Positions 1-13,757 of a stretch of DNA of 64,000 nucleotides are shown in pieces (position 1 is the first letter of the stretch; the number at the start of each line of letters is the position of its first letter). This stretch comes from Octopus vulgaris (lineage: Eukaryota): NCBI GenBank assembly GCA_951406725.2, contig OX597835.1:806001-870000 (forward strand). The letters are read 5' to 3'. Both the position numbers and the translations under genes were made by a program. Below the pieces are notes generated by a model. That model ran no database searches. It was not told the origin of the DNA and saw nothing but the letters and a program-made list of their open reading frames with translations.

Positions 1-725
1 ACAAGCTGATGTAAACCAGCAGCACACCTATCAGTGCCTATGAAGCTCAGGGCTAAAGTCAGAGAGCAAAGGTTTAATCTTGGCTGCTCAAGATCAGAGC
101 TTATTGACCTGGAACTATCAAGTCAATGTGATGAAAAATGGAGTAGACCCAAAGTGCTAATACTGCAATGATGGAAGTGAAACAGTGGACCTATAGAGTA
201 TAAATCAAGACATGACAGTTAATGGACCTGTAGAGTATAGATCAAGACACAACAGAGTTGGCCAATATCTACACTGGATAATATGTCAGCATTATAAAAT
301 CAAAACTGCTGACAAATGGTATATACACCACCCTGAGGCTGTAACTGGGGGAGTAAATATAACAACCCTTTGGGACTTTCCAGTATGCACAGACCGGACC
401 ATCAAAGCTAATAAACCAGATATTGTTGTGAAAGGCCAAAACAAAAAAGTCTGTTTATTGATTGACATGAGGAGCATACCGTGTGATCATAATATCTCGG
501 CAAAAGGTTTTGACAAGCTCAGAAAATATAAAGATTTGTTTATCAAAATTGAAAAGATATGGCACCTCAAGCTGGTTACAATATCAGTGATTGTAGGAGC
601 ACTTGGAATGATAAAAAAAAAAGAACTGAAAATTATTTGAGAATGGCCCCTGGCTTACCATCTATGCAGGAAGTGCAAAAGATTGTCTTAACTGATACAT
701 CACATGTACTGAGAAGAGCACTGTC
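1..725 (+). mobile_element. R4/Dong-clade non-LTR retrotransposon 3' fragment (decayed)
   Basis: LILAAQDQSL, C..C remnant, RHN.V...LHW, LWDFPV.TDRTIKANKPDIVV (restriction-like endonuclease), VIVGALG; stops and frameshifts present. Confidence 0.85.
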
Positions 726-939
726 ATTTTCTTTTTTTTCCCCCTTTAATTTCTTTGTTTACTTTTTTATTTCTATTTTTTATCTTTTCTTTCTCTTTCC
801 TCCCCTTTTTCTCTGTCACATGACTTTGTAAATGAACAATCTGATGTCTTTATTTTAATGACCTACCAATGTATACACTCTACAGGAACATGCTCAGAAC
901 AGGACTGTTTGCTTGGGCCACAGTTACCACACATGCTTA

Positions 940-1460
940 CCTTTTAACAAATTTGCTAGAAGGCAGCAGTTCTTTCTCAACCCTCACTTTCCTTTTCAAG
1001 TGGAATTTGAAAAAAAAGAAGTTGATGAGAGTTAAATCATAGAAGGTGTCTGTCTTTGGCACTTTCAACCTGGTTCACCCAAAACCTCTTTCACTATAGC
1101 ATCCAGACAAATAAACACTACCTGTTCTTCTTGGACAAAGAAGGGTGGCAGGGTAATCTTCACAATGGGATCACCTGATAAATGGATCTGTTCCACATAT
1201 GATAGCAGGTGTTCATAAACCTATAAGTCAGCAATGCCTGGGTACAGGAGGAGTACAACAGAACTGTTTTGTTGCTCTGTGTGTATCTCAGGTAGGCCCA
1301 GTTGACAGCACTTCCATACCTGTAGAATTTATCTCGAACCAGCAATGTCCCCCAGTAGCACTGTTAAACCAGAGATTTCTGGAAGTTATTCAGGGGCCCA
1401 AAAGTCCTCCTGAACAGACCAGCCAATTGATTTTCATCTATGTCCAGAGTCCTTCTTAGC
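940..1460 (-). mobile_element. Tx1/L1-like ORF2 C-terminal remnant (related fragment at 4383-4515)
   Basis: LVRDKFYRYGSAV-type segment of L1/Tx1 ORF2. The same sequence recurs, diverged, at about 4383-4515. Confidence 0.55.
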
Positions 1461-1749
1461 CATACTTTGTGACTTTTTTTTAAAATGCATAGATGTTTAG
1501 AAAATAAAACAAATTCTGCCCCAGGAGGGCAAACATTTAACAAAGCCATCTAGTCTCAGTGGTAGTTGTTTGGCTTATTAACAATATTTTACAACAAAAA
1601 GATGTTCTTGAAAATAACAAAATTCAACAATAAGTCACAAAATGATGTTCTCTCCTGGCAAGCATGATGATGATGATGAAGATGATGATATGATAAAACA
1701 GATAAGAAGCCGAAACCTAACCAACAAGATATCACTCTACTATGGAAGG

Positions 1750-2035
1750 CGTCCAAAGGATGGACCCTCATCAACACAGCTATACCTACAGGCCTGAATA
1801 TTGTGAAGGCGGGGAATGAGAAAGTTGAAAAGTACTAAGCCTAGCACTGGAAGAGAAACACATCCATAGAGCCTCAAAAGTAAGTGTAAAACCTATCATG
1901 ATTGGTGCACTTGGGACCATCTCAACGAAAGAAGTGTTTAGACATGTAAAACTGAAAATACCAGACTTGAAAGGAAATACCCAGTTGGCAGCAATACTCA
2001 GAACAGCTCATGGGTTGAAGAAAATGTTGTGTCTC
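1750..2035 (+). mobile_element. R4/Dong-like 3' remnant
   Basis: EKVEKY...PIMIGALGTI...QLAAILRTAH matches the R4 endonuclease C-terminus. Confidence 0.65.
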
Positions 2036-4085
2036 TGTGGGAAGGTGCTGAGACTTAGAAGAAAGGAAAACAAAAAGAATATGAATAAAAATAATAATAA
2101 TCGACAATTAGAAAAGTTATGTAATAAAGCACATATTGATTTGTTAATTGAACTGTAAGATATTTTGCAGTATGTCAGTATCAAAATAAGACAAGTTTGT
2201 TCTGAAAATTTTTTTAAATACATAGAAATGCAGAAATTAAAAAAGTTCTACTAGATTATCCTGCATTCCTTCCTTGACAAAAAGACCTCAAGTTTCACTC
2301 GTTTACAACAAATTAAAACAAAAAAAAAGTAGATAGAGAACAGAACTTTTATTCAAAATGTTTTATATAAATTTGATGGAACCAATCCTGCCATTTTGTT
2401 TATCCTTAGCTCCTCGGGAATGCTGCGTGTCACTTACACATATTTATATCTGAGAAGGTGTACTTACAGGAATTTACCTGAGTTACAGTTATTTGATGTA
2501 AAATGCTTGCCAAGTTCTGTTGAAGTAGTATTATTGTGCTTGACATGATAGCTATGCCCTCCGGTAGAAATCATAAGATTTCTTTTAGTATTTGTGATGG
2601 AGTTGAACTGACTCATCTTGTTGCACAATGGACAGGGCTTACCTCTCTTGTGACTGTTTTTAGAAGTGTCCAGAAACTCCAAACAGAGGAAATATTTCTT
2701 TGAAATGAGGATATTCCTGAGAAATACATTGATAAATGTCATAGAACACTTTTGAAATGCCAATGAAATGTTAGTGCCAGTTAACAACTAAAGGAATTCA
2801 GATAGAATCTTTATTTTGACTGCAATAATTAGGCATGAAAGTTTGACATTTACTAATTATAGTTGTGTCATCTGTAATTTCCTCCTTTTGTGATGATGAT
2901 GATGATGTGACTCACTAAAACTGAAATTGATGTAATGATGCACAAAATCATTTGCACGTTTCCAGTAATCTCCTATAATAACAAGAATGGTTTCAAATTG
3001 ATCCCAGTATCATGAAGGGATGAAAGGCAGAGTTGATCTTGATAAGATTTGAATTCAGATCATAAAGAATTATAAATATTACTCTAATAATTCTCTCAAT
3101 GCAAAGCACTTAACGATTTCTAACACAAGGCCATAAATTTAGTAGGAAGAGATTGTTAATTTAATTGATTTCAATATTTGACTGGTGCTTTATTTTATTG
3201 ACCCCAGAATGATAAAAGTCAAAGGAGACATCAGTGAATAATGATTATAATAGTTTCTAATTTGGCCACAAGACCAGCATTTTGAGAGGCAAGGTTAGTC
3301 AATAACCTTAATAATTATCTGATTCTATATTTTATTGATCCCAAAGATGGAAAAACAAAGTTGACTTTATCAGGATTTGAACTCAGAGTGAAATGCATTC
3401 TATCTGATGCTTCAACAATTCTACTAATCTACTTCCCAATTGTTTCTGAGATAGCCATAAGCCTGAAATTTGTTGTTGTTGTCGATGATGGTGGTGGTGT
3501 GGGGAGGGGGGTGATAGTCCATTATATGATCGGAACCTTATTTTATCAATCCTTGAAGGACAAACGGCAAAATATGACTTTGGTGGGACCTGATCTCAAT
3601 ATAGTGTCAGAACAAATAACACAAAACATTTGTTTAACAATTCTGCTAATCCATCACTCTAACTTCTAATTCATGCACAAGGCCAGAAATAATATTGGGA
3701 AGGAAACAGTTGATTATACTGACCAAAATATACTTGGACCAATACTTTATTTTATCAACCCCAGAAATGTGGAAGGCAAAGTTGACTTTGACAGGACTTG
3801 AACACAGAACATAAAGAGCCACAACAAATACTAAAGGTCACATTTTTTGAAGCTCTAATGATACTACCAATCTACCTCCCACATAATACAAATGATAATG
3901 GTGATAATAATGATAAAAGAATTAATTTATTATCCAAAACGCAATTCATATTACAATAAGAGAAGAATAAAACAATGAGAGGAAACAGTGGAGAAAATTA
4001 ATTAATTAATTATACTCACTGTAGCAAAGGGCTGTCTGGTTGTCAAATGAATATTGTATACATATAATTAATTAATTATACTCAC

Positions 4086-4247
4086 TGTAGCAAAGGGCTG
4101 TCCAGCCTTGGTTGTCAAAGGAATATTGTATAGATATGATTTGTTTGCAAACACAGGATTGTGTGTGTTTTCATCAACAACATTCACAACTATATCATGT
4201 ATTTGACTTCGATGTCTCTCATTTGTGTTGTTTTCCTCGGCATAAAC
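4086..4247 (-). CDS. Cadherin-related gene, coding exon 13 (EC4-EC5 linker); gene probably continues beyond the window start
   Basis: ttaaag|...|gtgagt, phase 0/0. VYAEENNTNERHRSQIHDIVVNVVDENTHNPVFANKSYLYNIPLTTKAGQPFAT contains V.DEN.HNPVF. Confidence 0.92.
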
Positions 4248-4835
4248 CTTTAACCATAACATTGACATTGAAAAGAAAAAGAACACAAAAGAAAATTATA
4301 TTTAACAAATGTTTTACAAATACAAATACAAACACATCCATCCATCCACCTCTCCACTCACTTACACCCCCATCCATCTACTACCCCAGCAATGCTTGGG
4401 TACAGGATGAACAGAACTGTTTTGTTCCTCTATGTGCATCTCAAGCAGGTCCAGTTGATGGCACTTCCATGCATATAGAGTTTATCTCAAACCAGCAATG
4501 TCCCCCAGTACCAGAGACTGACATATAATATATTTAATAAACTGTTAACATACTAGTGCAGAGACTGTAAGATAAGATATGTGTGATAAACTGTTAACAT
4601 GACAAAGTAGGGGTTAGAAGGAGAGAAATACTGTTAACATAAGGGAACCTCAGATTGAAGAGAAGCAGAAAATGAGAAACTGTTCAGGAACTTGGTTGGA
4701 TCAGGGAAGGAAAATAAAAAAAATTATCTGACCAAAAGAAAATAATTATGTAACAAATTATCAAGCAAAAAAGGAAGGAAAGAAAGAGCACTAATTTTTT
4801 AAAAAATGGAAAATTGTAGTTTGGTGAATATTTAC

Positions 4836-4958
4836 CTGGAGAGTCACAGGGAAAGTTGCAAGCTTTTGCTGAACAGGTTGACTCAGAGTTACTAGACCTG
4901 ACTCTTTGTGAATTTGAAACATTGGATGCTGTCCTACGAAATGGTATGTTAATTCATC
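4836..4958 (-). CDS. Cadherin-related gene, coding exon 12 (EC4)
   Basis: Long (CT)n tract, then ttctag|...|gtaaat, phase 0/0. DELTYHFVGQHPMFQIHKESGLVTLSQPVQQKLATFPVTLQ fits F.I...SG.V.L. Confidence 0.92.
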
Positions 4959-5599
4959 CTAGAAAGAGAAAGAGAGAGAGAGATGCGGATATTAAATATC
5001 GAAGAAATAAGGTAAAAGATAGTAAATAATTGTGAGTCACATTTGATCGACTGACACCTCATGTTGATTCTGTCTGAGAATTACATTAATGGTAACAAAT
5101 ATCCATGGAACACTCAACCAATTTTATGTTAACTCAGCATGTTGAACAACTGGAATACTCATTGTTCAAACTGACAAAGAAACCATTAACTTTACATTTA
5201 TTCTGTTAGAAGCATTCAGTTCAGGTCTTTGATTAGAGGAGACCTTCTTACCACTGTCCCTATGTTGGAGGTACTGAAAATAGATGAAGAGTGCTGCCCT
5301 TCTTCCTTTTGACTAAACCATTGAAAAAAAAATCTTTCTGGTAATGTGGGGAACAAAGGCAATACAGAATGTGTGTTATACTGAATTAAGGAAATACAAT
5401 GTCTACAGTTGATTCTTGGTGCAAGAACTTATTCACTCAGTCACTACAAGCAGGTCAAAGAATCTGTGGTTTATATCAAGTCATTTCAGGTTGCGCTTTG
5501 TATACTGTCAAGAAAATATAAAAAATAACTTTTGCTGGCCTGATCCACATAACTTGTAAAATATGTACAACAACAACCACAACAAATCAACAATTATCA

Positions 5600-6320
5600 T
5601 CTTCATTATCAATTAATGTCTGTTTTCCATACTGGCATGGGTTGGATGGTTTGACTGAAAACTGGTAAGCTGGGGAACTGCACCAGATTCCAATTTGATT
5701 TCTATGGCTGGATGCCCTTCCTAACGCCAGCCACTCCAAGAGCGTAGTAAATGCTTTTTATGTGCCACCAGCATGGCACTGGCAATAGCCATGACTACAA
5801 TTTCACTTGGCTTGACAGGTCTTCTCAAGCATGGCATATTGCCCAATGTTTGAAGGGTGCTTTTTAGGTGCTACCACCATGGGTGCTAGTTATGTGTCAC
5901 AGGCATCAGCCACGACCGCAATTTCACTTGGCTTGATGGGTCTTCTCAAGCATGGCATATTGCCCAACGTTTGAAGGGTACATTTTACATGCTACTGGCA
6001 TGAGTGCCGGTTGTGCATCGGCCACAACCACAATTTCACTTGGCTTGATGGGTCTTCTCAAGCATGGCATATTGCCCAACGTTTGAAGGGTACATTTTAC
6101 ATGCTACTGGCATGAGTGCCGGTTGTGCATCGGCCACAACCACAATTTCACTTGGCTTGATGGGTCTTCTCAAGCATGGCATATTGCCCAACGTTTGAAG
6201 GGTACATTTTACATGCTACTGGCATGAGTGCCGGTTGTGCATCGGCCACAACCACAATTTCACTTGGTTTGATGGGTCTTCTCAGGCAAGGCATATCACC
6301 AAAGGTCTCAGTCACTTGTC
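5600..6320 (-). mobile_element. RTE-LINE 3' end with internal 112-bp tandem repeat
   Basis: Same tail family as other copies (gatgcccttcctaacgcca, CAT tail). The 112-bp unit starts at 5919, 6031, 6143 and 6255. Confidence 0.75.
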
Positions 6321-6852
6321 TCAAACAGTCTGTCTCATATTAAATTAATCATACAAAAAACAAAAACAATCCATGGACTGTTCTGAGTCATCTCCAGCAA
6401 AACTGATTCAGGAGTCACCCTGAGTAGCCTCTAATGAAAGTGATCTCTAGATCAACCCAAGTGACCACTAAAAGTGATCTCCAATTAAAGTGATGCACAG
6501 GGCAACCCAAGAAACTTCCAACAAGAGAGAAATTCTCCTCCCAAATTAAACAGAAGGCTGAAAAAACAATAAAGAATTTATTGCATATTTACCAGCCTAC
6601 TAGAAACAGAATCCACATCTACTTCAAGTTACACCCTTCAAAAACTGAAAGCACACATTGAAGAAAATGTAGCCCTCAATAAAAAAAAAATATAAAATGA
6701 CTGAAATGCATTTGATCATAAGTTGCTTGTTCAACCAGGTCTGTCCTCAGGTCAAAACAACAATAATTACAGCTAAACACAGAACTGAAGAAAGAAATTA
6801 CATAAGATTAAGAACCGATGAAAATCTAAGTAAAAAATCAGACAAAACTTAC

Positions 6853-7029
6853 ATTATCCTTGTCATGGGACTGCACAAGCACCACAGGGGAGTTTATAGG
6901 CAAAACTTCAGTGATGTTTACCTCAGAAGGTGTGTTTATGATAACAGGTAAATAACTGCTGCCTCTCAGAATATTAACTAACAGGAGACTTTTATCAAAT
7001 GTATCTTTCTCTCTATTCTTCTTGAAAGC
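6853..7029 (-). CDS. Cadherin-related gene, coding exon 11 (EC3-EC4 linker)
   Basis: taatttcag|...|gtaagt, phase 0/0. AFKKNREKDTFDKSLLLVNILRGSSYLPVIINTPSEVNITEVLPINSPVVLVQSHDKDN. Confidence 0.92.
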
Positions 7030-7139
7030 CTGAAATTAGGAAGAAATTAATTTTTATTAATTACTATTTAAAAGAAATCCTTATTATTATTTACATTACA
7101 AAAGGAATCACCATAATAATAATAATGATAATAATGATT

Positions 7140-7430
7140 ATGGATAAGGAAAAGTGAAGCTACTTATCGAGCCATCATGTCCATTTGACTCCAGGATCAC
7201 AAAGAAAAAGGAAGGATAAAAAGTGCATTCCCTTAAAGTTTGAAATACGAAGAATTTGGAGCATGCAAACAGTAAAGGTTGTGCCTATAATAATTGGCAT
7301 GTTGGGAACAGTAAGCAAGATATAGACAAATAGCTGAAGGAGATTGAAATAGAATGCCTGGTAGAGCTCCTACAGAAAGTTTGTCTCTTAAGGGACAGCA
7401 AGGATTGCCAGGAGGATTCTAAGCACTTGA
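7140..7430 (+). mobile_element. R4/Dong-like 3' remnant
   Basis: VKVVPIIIGMLGTV...LLQKVCL, decayed. Confidence 0.6.
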
Positions 7431-7574
7431 AAGACTACTGAAAACTTGAGGTTTTTGGCAGTACCCTGCTGCCACCATAAATCCTACCAGGAATAAGACC
7501 AAACCAAAACAATAGTTTAAATATGTCATTTAAATGTTGCAATAAGTTCCTTTCCTTCTCTATAAAATACTACT

Positions 7575-7606
<32 letters not shown>

Positions 7607-8084
7607 TGTCGCCGTCGTCGTCGTCGTCGTCATAACCAGTTTACACCTTTTTGGAGATCCATGCTTATGTGCACTGTGAGCTGCTTCTTCATTGTCCTGC
7701 TTATGTCCTTCAGCTACATCCTTTCCCAATTCAAGAAATCCTGCTCCATGCCTTATTAATCATACTGTCCTCAGACTGACTGCTTGTATGATGGTGTCTG
7801 CATTCAATTATGATTTTTTGTCTTTATTCTGGAAAAATATTTTATACTGAGGGCATCCTTCATTTCTATACTTTTTGAGTTTGTTAGTTTTCAGTATTCC
7901 CAGATATTTATATGTTTTTTCTACGTTAATAATTTTATACTTTCATCATTAGATAGATCTATTCCAGTACTTTTTACAGGTTTTCCATATACTTCTATCA
8001 TAGCACATTTTTCAATTCTGAAAATCAATCTAACACCAATTCAAGATGAGAAAGTATGATAACTAGGTGAAAGTAGTAAGGAGT

Positions 8085-8290
8085 AGTACCATTGCACAGT
8101 AAAGGCAGTGGAAGCTGGCACACAGGGGTTTGTCACAGTGCCTATGCAGCATCTAACTACTAGGCCAGCTTGAAATCAAGAGTCACAAAAGAATAGTGAC
8201 AATGAAACATGTGTGAGAGACAAGTGAGAAAAGCGCTCAGTGTGGTCCTGGCTGGAAAGGAATGACAGATGGGACGACACAGCAAATGAC
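8085..8290 (+). mobile_element. Hero-like (RLE) non-LTR C-terminal remnant
   Basis: VEAGTQGFV...EKRSVWSW resembles the VEVGCRGF...ERSS.WLW terminus. Confidence 0.4.
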
Positions 8291-9602
8291 TAAACATGAG
8301 AGGAAAGAAACTCAGTGAACTGAGGGTGGTCTGTGTGGCTGAGCAATAAGCTCACACAAATGTTTTGAGTTCAAGCTCCACTGGAGGTGGCATTTAACTA
8401 ACAAGAGGACACCTAGGATCACTACCTAAGTGGTCTCAACTCCCGTAGAATGTCAGGAACTAACAGGTTGAAACATTTGTTTGACAAGAATTCTTCCTTT
8501 GAAGATTTCTCCTGCTGTCCGCTTCTTCTGTAGATAAAGCTATAAATGATAGCACGTAAATGTGCTAAAACCCCTTGGACTGAAAAAGTAAAAAGCTACC
8601 TATAGGATAGGAACCCACATATCCTGTAACCATGACAACTGTTATACAAGGCAACCCTTTTAATTTCTCCATCCATTTTAGAAGCTTTGTGCTTAAGAGG
8701 GAGGATTGTATGTTTTTCGTGTCAAGAATTTAGAAATTTCAAGCAACATAAAATGATTATTCTTATGGTGGAATGTAAAATAAATCGATGAATTGCATGT
8801 TGCCTCAGTGATGAATGACAAGGACGTCAACGTGACTGGTAACTACAACAGACATTTTGGGCAGAGTTCCAATAGATTCTATGATGTACATGGGCTGGGG
8901 TGGGGTTATAGCTTTGGTTCTACAAATACGGAGGTAACATGGCTACTGCAGTTCTGTGATGCAAGTTGACTTGATTTGCCAGAAACCAGTCAGTCACCTG
9001 ATCACCTATCAAGCTGGTGGACACATAAGCCAAATTGAGTAGATTCTCACCAGAAAATGGGATAAAAAGATGCTTGTGAATGTGAAGTCGTTCCGAAGAG
9101 TAAAACGTACAACCTATCATTGCCATTCCCATCCCTTCGCTCTTTATTTTCCTTTTTGTTTCATAAGTTATCTCTCCATTTCCTTGACTGCCCTACCTCA
9201 TCCTTTACACCACCATCTACAATTATTCTCAATACCCTTTCATATCTGTCATCAATGCCCCAGCTCCTGCTTGCCACCCATTATATCCATTATATTCACC
9301 TCTCTCTCTCCAGTCAGGGAAGGGGGGCTTCTTTATATATTGTAAGTTACTTGATGACCTCACTAGTGCTGGAGCTGTGGGAAAAGAGCACAGATTAAAC
9401 TAAGAAGGACATCCAGCAGTTCGAGTACTGCCGAAGCAAATACAGACACTCAGCACAGTCCTTCGATTAATCGGATCTTATCAAACCATCCAATTCATGA
9501 CAACAGGAAAACAGACATTAAAAGATGATGATGATGATGATGGTGATATCAAGTGAAGGTGCATGGATGCATTTTCATACTTTTATAGGCTGGTTCACTT
9601 AC

Positions 9603-9715
9603 CTTCAATGTTACTGTGAAGTTTTGATGGTCTTTCCTTGACACTGCCTTTTCGATGACCAGTTTTCTAGCCACATTGTCAAAACGAAAATAGTCAAAGA
9701 ACGATGTTGGTAATG
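9603..9715 (-). CDS. Cadherin-related gene, coding exon 10 (EC3)
   Basis: ttatattccag|...|gtaagt, phase 1/0. (A)LPTSFFDYFRFDNVARKLVIEKAVSRKDHQNFTVTLK. Confidence 0.88.
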
Positions 9716-10462
9716 CTGGAATATAATAAGAATACTTCATTAGAACTGCAGCAGGGAATGTAGAAAATAATAATAATTATAACAATGCCAATCAACCAAA
9801 ATGCTAGACTTTGCCAAAACAAAAATATGCCCAAAACATTCACAAGAAAAAGACTAAGATGTCATCAAAATTATACCAAAAATTAGATTCTTTTCCGTAA
9901 AAACACATATATACTAAAAGATTCAGATCCCAAAATACTTCCAGCTCTAAGAAGCCATGAAAGTTTAAAGAAAGTACAATGAGACTGAAATTAAAAGAAA
10001 GAACTACAGAAATGGTAAAAAAAAACAAACCTTTCTTACCTCTTTCTCTCCACCTTTTTCTCTTCTCTACAGTCCTTGTAAAAACTCAGCACGACTGAAC
10101 TTTTTATAATGTACATTTGTTATGATCATCACCAAACATTTACATTTACTATCTCAGCCTGTGAAACTCATTAAAATTTCTATGAACTTTTGAACATTTG
10201 ACTGTTTAAACATGTTTGTTCAATTTTGACCTTGTAACTTTAAGCTCTCCTAAACCCCTTTTTGTTATATATTTGTATCATTGATAAGCAAAAAAATTGC
10301 TGAAACTAGTTTGGTATGTGAATAAATCTATTTAAAAACAACCACATGTTTTTTTTAGATTCAGGTGCATTTTCAAACCCCAAAACAAATTCCCCTATAT
10401 TTTTACCTGTATGGGAATACACTTTTGCTTTCCATTATTCTTTTATTCTTTTACTTGTTTCA

Positions 10463-10679
10463 AGGCGGCAAGCTGCCAGAAACATTAGCACGCCAGGTGA
10501 AATGCTTAGCAGTATTTCATCTGTCTTTACATTCTGAGTTCAAATTCAGCCAAACTCGACTTTGCCTTTCATCCTTCCAGGGGTCAATAAATTAAGTACC
10601 AGTTGCGTACTGAGGTCAATCTAATCGACTGGCCCCCTCCCCCAAAATTTCAGGCCTTGTGCCTAGAGGAGAAAAGATT
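10463..10679 (+). mobile_element. tRNA-derived SINE with Meta/MESC-like core (other copies about 38890-39125 -, 45667-45897 -, 53940-54100 +, decayed 3000-3880 -)
   Basis: B-box-like gagttcaaatt and core gcctttcatccttcc...aattaagtaccag; multiple dispersed copies in the window. Confidence 0.75.
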
Positions 10680-11184
10680 CTTTTACTTGTTTCACTGCAA
10701 CCAGGACTTATCCTGGTACCTGATATACTCCTCTGCAACTGCCACTCTTCAAGTCCTTCCAGGCATGTTTCTTTGCTCCAATGACTGGACTATACTGTTC
10801 CCCCCCCCCTATCACCTTAGGTTTGGCTGGGACTTTACACCAACCAAAATCGTTGCCATACATGCAAACATGTTCTTTATGGCCATGCCCCTCTCTTCAC
10901 AATGTCCCCTGTCAAAACTCTACGACAACCTATCTTCTCAACACCCCTTTAAATGAACACCACTCACTGCATGAGGATGAGCAACTTGACTGCTGCACTC
11001 CTTTTTTTAGCACATACATCAACATCTCACATATACATACCCATCTATACCCAAATGCACCTAGGTACATATATAATCAAATACACTCACAAAAACACTT
11101 TTTCTACCCACACATGTAGCCATGACACAAACACATATATCTCTGGTGACACATGCATGCTCTTCACACATACAAACACACACA

Positions 11185-11219
<35 letters not shown>

Positions 11220-11315
11220 CTACATGTACCTACAAGTACACTTACAGCATTCACATTCACACATTTATATACTTACACACACTCATAGACTAAAAATGCT
11301 GGGATTTGAACTTAC

Positions 11316-11412
11316 CATCCTCAAGCATATAGACAACATCTTCAGTACTGCCTACCTCCAGATCTGTAACATCTGGTTGTGGAAATATCCCAACTTCCCC
11401 AGTTTTGGTATG
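11316..11412 (-). CDS. Cadherin-related gene, coding exon 9 (EC3)
   Basis: tctttttcccccag|...|gtaagt, phase 0/1. HTKTGEVGIFPQPDVTDLEVGSTEDVVYMLED. Confidence 0.9.
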
Positions 11413-11992
11413 CTGGGGGAAAAAGACAAATCATAACAGAATTATAAGTAATATAATGATGAGGAGTAAAATTAAAAATACATAAATAGCTGCAGCAGTA
11501 ATAACAATAACAATAATAATCATTTGTTTATTTGTCATTTGGCCAATAAATGAAAGGACATTACAAAGACAAGTTACAAAAACATAACGACTTATACAAT
11601 ATCAATTTTTTAAAAAGTCGAGGCAAACAATAGTACACAAATAGGGTTTAATGAGATACCTCAGTGTAGGGACAGTCATCCTAAGATCAATCAATAAACC
11701 CCATTGATCTTGGATTACAATGGCTATCAAGAGCAGATGCTCTCTATCGGCTGTAATCCCTGGCTTATGCTGAGAGTAGACCCATTCTCATGTAGTCTCA
11801 TCTAACATGGATGTGGGTCGCCCACATTGTTAAGAGGAACACTTGAAAATTTGTGAACTTTCAACATGAAACTGTCAGTAGCATAGCTAATTCACAAATA
11901 AGAAATATAGTTATCCACCAAATGCAGTGTTGAGCACTCCTTTTCACTGTTCAACACTATTGTATGCATGTGTGTGTGTGTGTGTTTGTATG

Positions 11993-12069
<77 letters not shown>

Positions 12070-12073
<4 letters not shown>

Positions 12074-13060
12074 TCATCATCATCTTTTAATGTCTGCTCT
12101 CCATGCTGGCATGGTTTGGACAGTTTGACTGAGGCCTAGCAAGCCAGAAGGCTGCACCTGTCTCCAATCTCATCTGGAAAAGTTTCTACAGCCAGATGCC
12201 CTTCCTAACACCAACCACTTCGAGAGTATAGTGGGTGCTTTTACATGCCACCGGCATGAGGACCAGTCAGGCGGTACTGGCATTGGCCATGCTCAAATGG
12301 TGCTTTTTACATACCACCTGCACAAGAGCCAGTTCGGCGGCACTGGCAATGACCATGCTCAAATGGTGCTTTTTTATGTGCCAGCACGGAGCCAGTCAGT
12401 GGCCCTGGCAACGATCACGCTTGAATGGTGCTTCTAACATTCCACTGGCATTAGTGTCAATCAGGTGGTACTGTCATTGGCCACAACAGCGATTTCACTT
12501 GCCTCAACAGGTCTCCGCAAGCATAGTTTATTGTCCAATGATTGAAAGGTACTCTTAAATGGGCTGGTTATACAGCACTGGCATAGTCCATGAGGTTATG
12601 GTCTCACTTGGCTTGCCGGGTCTTCTCAAGCACAGCATATCTCCAAAGGTCTTGGTCATTTCTCATTGCCTTGGTGAGGCCCAATGTTTGAAGGTCGTGT
12701 TTCACCACTTTATCCCAGGTCTTCCTGGGTCTACCTCTTCCGCAGGCTCCCTCAACTGCTAGGGTGTGACACTTTTAAACACAGCTGTCCTCATCCATTT
12801 GCAACACATGACCATACCAGCACAGACATCTCTCTTGCACACCACTTTTCTCTCAGGACACTTACACTCTGTTATGTATGCACACTGACATTACACATCC
12901 AGTGGAGCATACTGGCTTCATTCCTTGTGAGCTTACGCATGTCCTCAGCAGTCACGGCTCATGTTTCACTGCCATGTAGCATAGCTGTTCACACACATGC
13001 GTCATACAGTCTACCTTTTATTCTGAGCAAGAGCCCTTTGTCACCAGCAGAGGTAGGAGC
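12070..13060 (-). mobile_element. RTE-LINE 3' fragment
   Basis: MLHGSET.AVTAEDMRKL...GRPRKTWD ORF end, 3' UTR and (ATG)n tail abutting (TA)n. Confidence 0.8.
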
Positions 13061-13079
13061 AATATCAAAAGAAGGCTAA

Positions 13080-13697
13080 CCGGGAAGATAGTTTTTGTGT
13101 GTGGCAAATGCTCAGGAGCAATAAACACTGAAAACATGCAGAGAACAGCTTCCATCACATTAGTTTTGGTACTTCAAAATATGATGTATTTTTGCCTTTT
13201 ATATTGTTTTGAATTTCTTTGGATTTATGAACTTTTGGTAATCCATAAAAATTGCTGGTTTACATTTCAAAGTTAGTTAAGTAACTGATTTCCTTTAGTG
13301 TGAGGTTATTTTGGTGCTTTGTTGTCAGTTTACCTATTTTAATCATTGAATTTTTTTTTCTTCACATTTGTTGATTTTCCTGTAAAATCTTTCGTCAGGA
13401 TCATATCTTTGTAGTGATTTTTGTCCACAATGACAATTGCTCCACCTTTGTCAGCTTCTTTTATGATTATTGAGGAGTCTTTTCGTAGTTTGTTTAGTGC
13501 TAAAAGTTAGTCTGTAGAGATGTTGCATTTGTGTTTTGTCACTGCAATATTTGACTGTGCCAATCATCATAGGTAGGTTATGTATCCTTCCAGGTGTCTG
13601 TCTCTATTTAGCAGGGGTTCGAAATTCGTTTTGTTTTTTACTAGTGACTCCTCCTCATATTCTCCTAGATGTATTCTATACCTTGCAAAAATTCCCC

Positions 13698-13757
<60 letters not shown>

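Noticed and set aside
2464-2787. Candidate next cadherin exon(s), e.g. 2643-2716 with ag/gtaag boundaries
   Set aside because: Phase 0 is required after exon 13, but that frame contains a stop, and the other frames lack convincing cadherin motifs.
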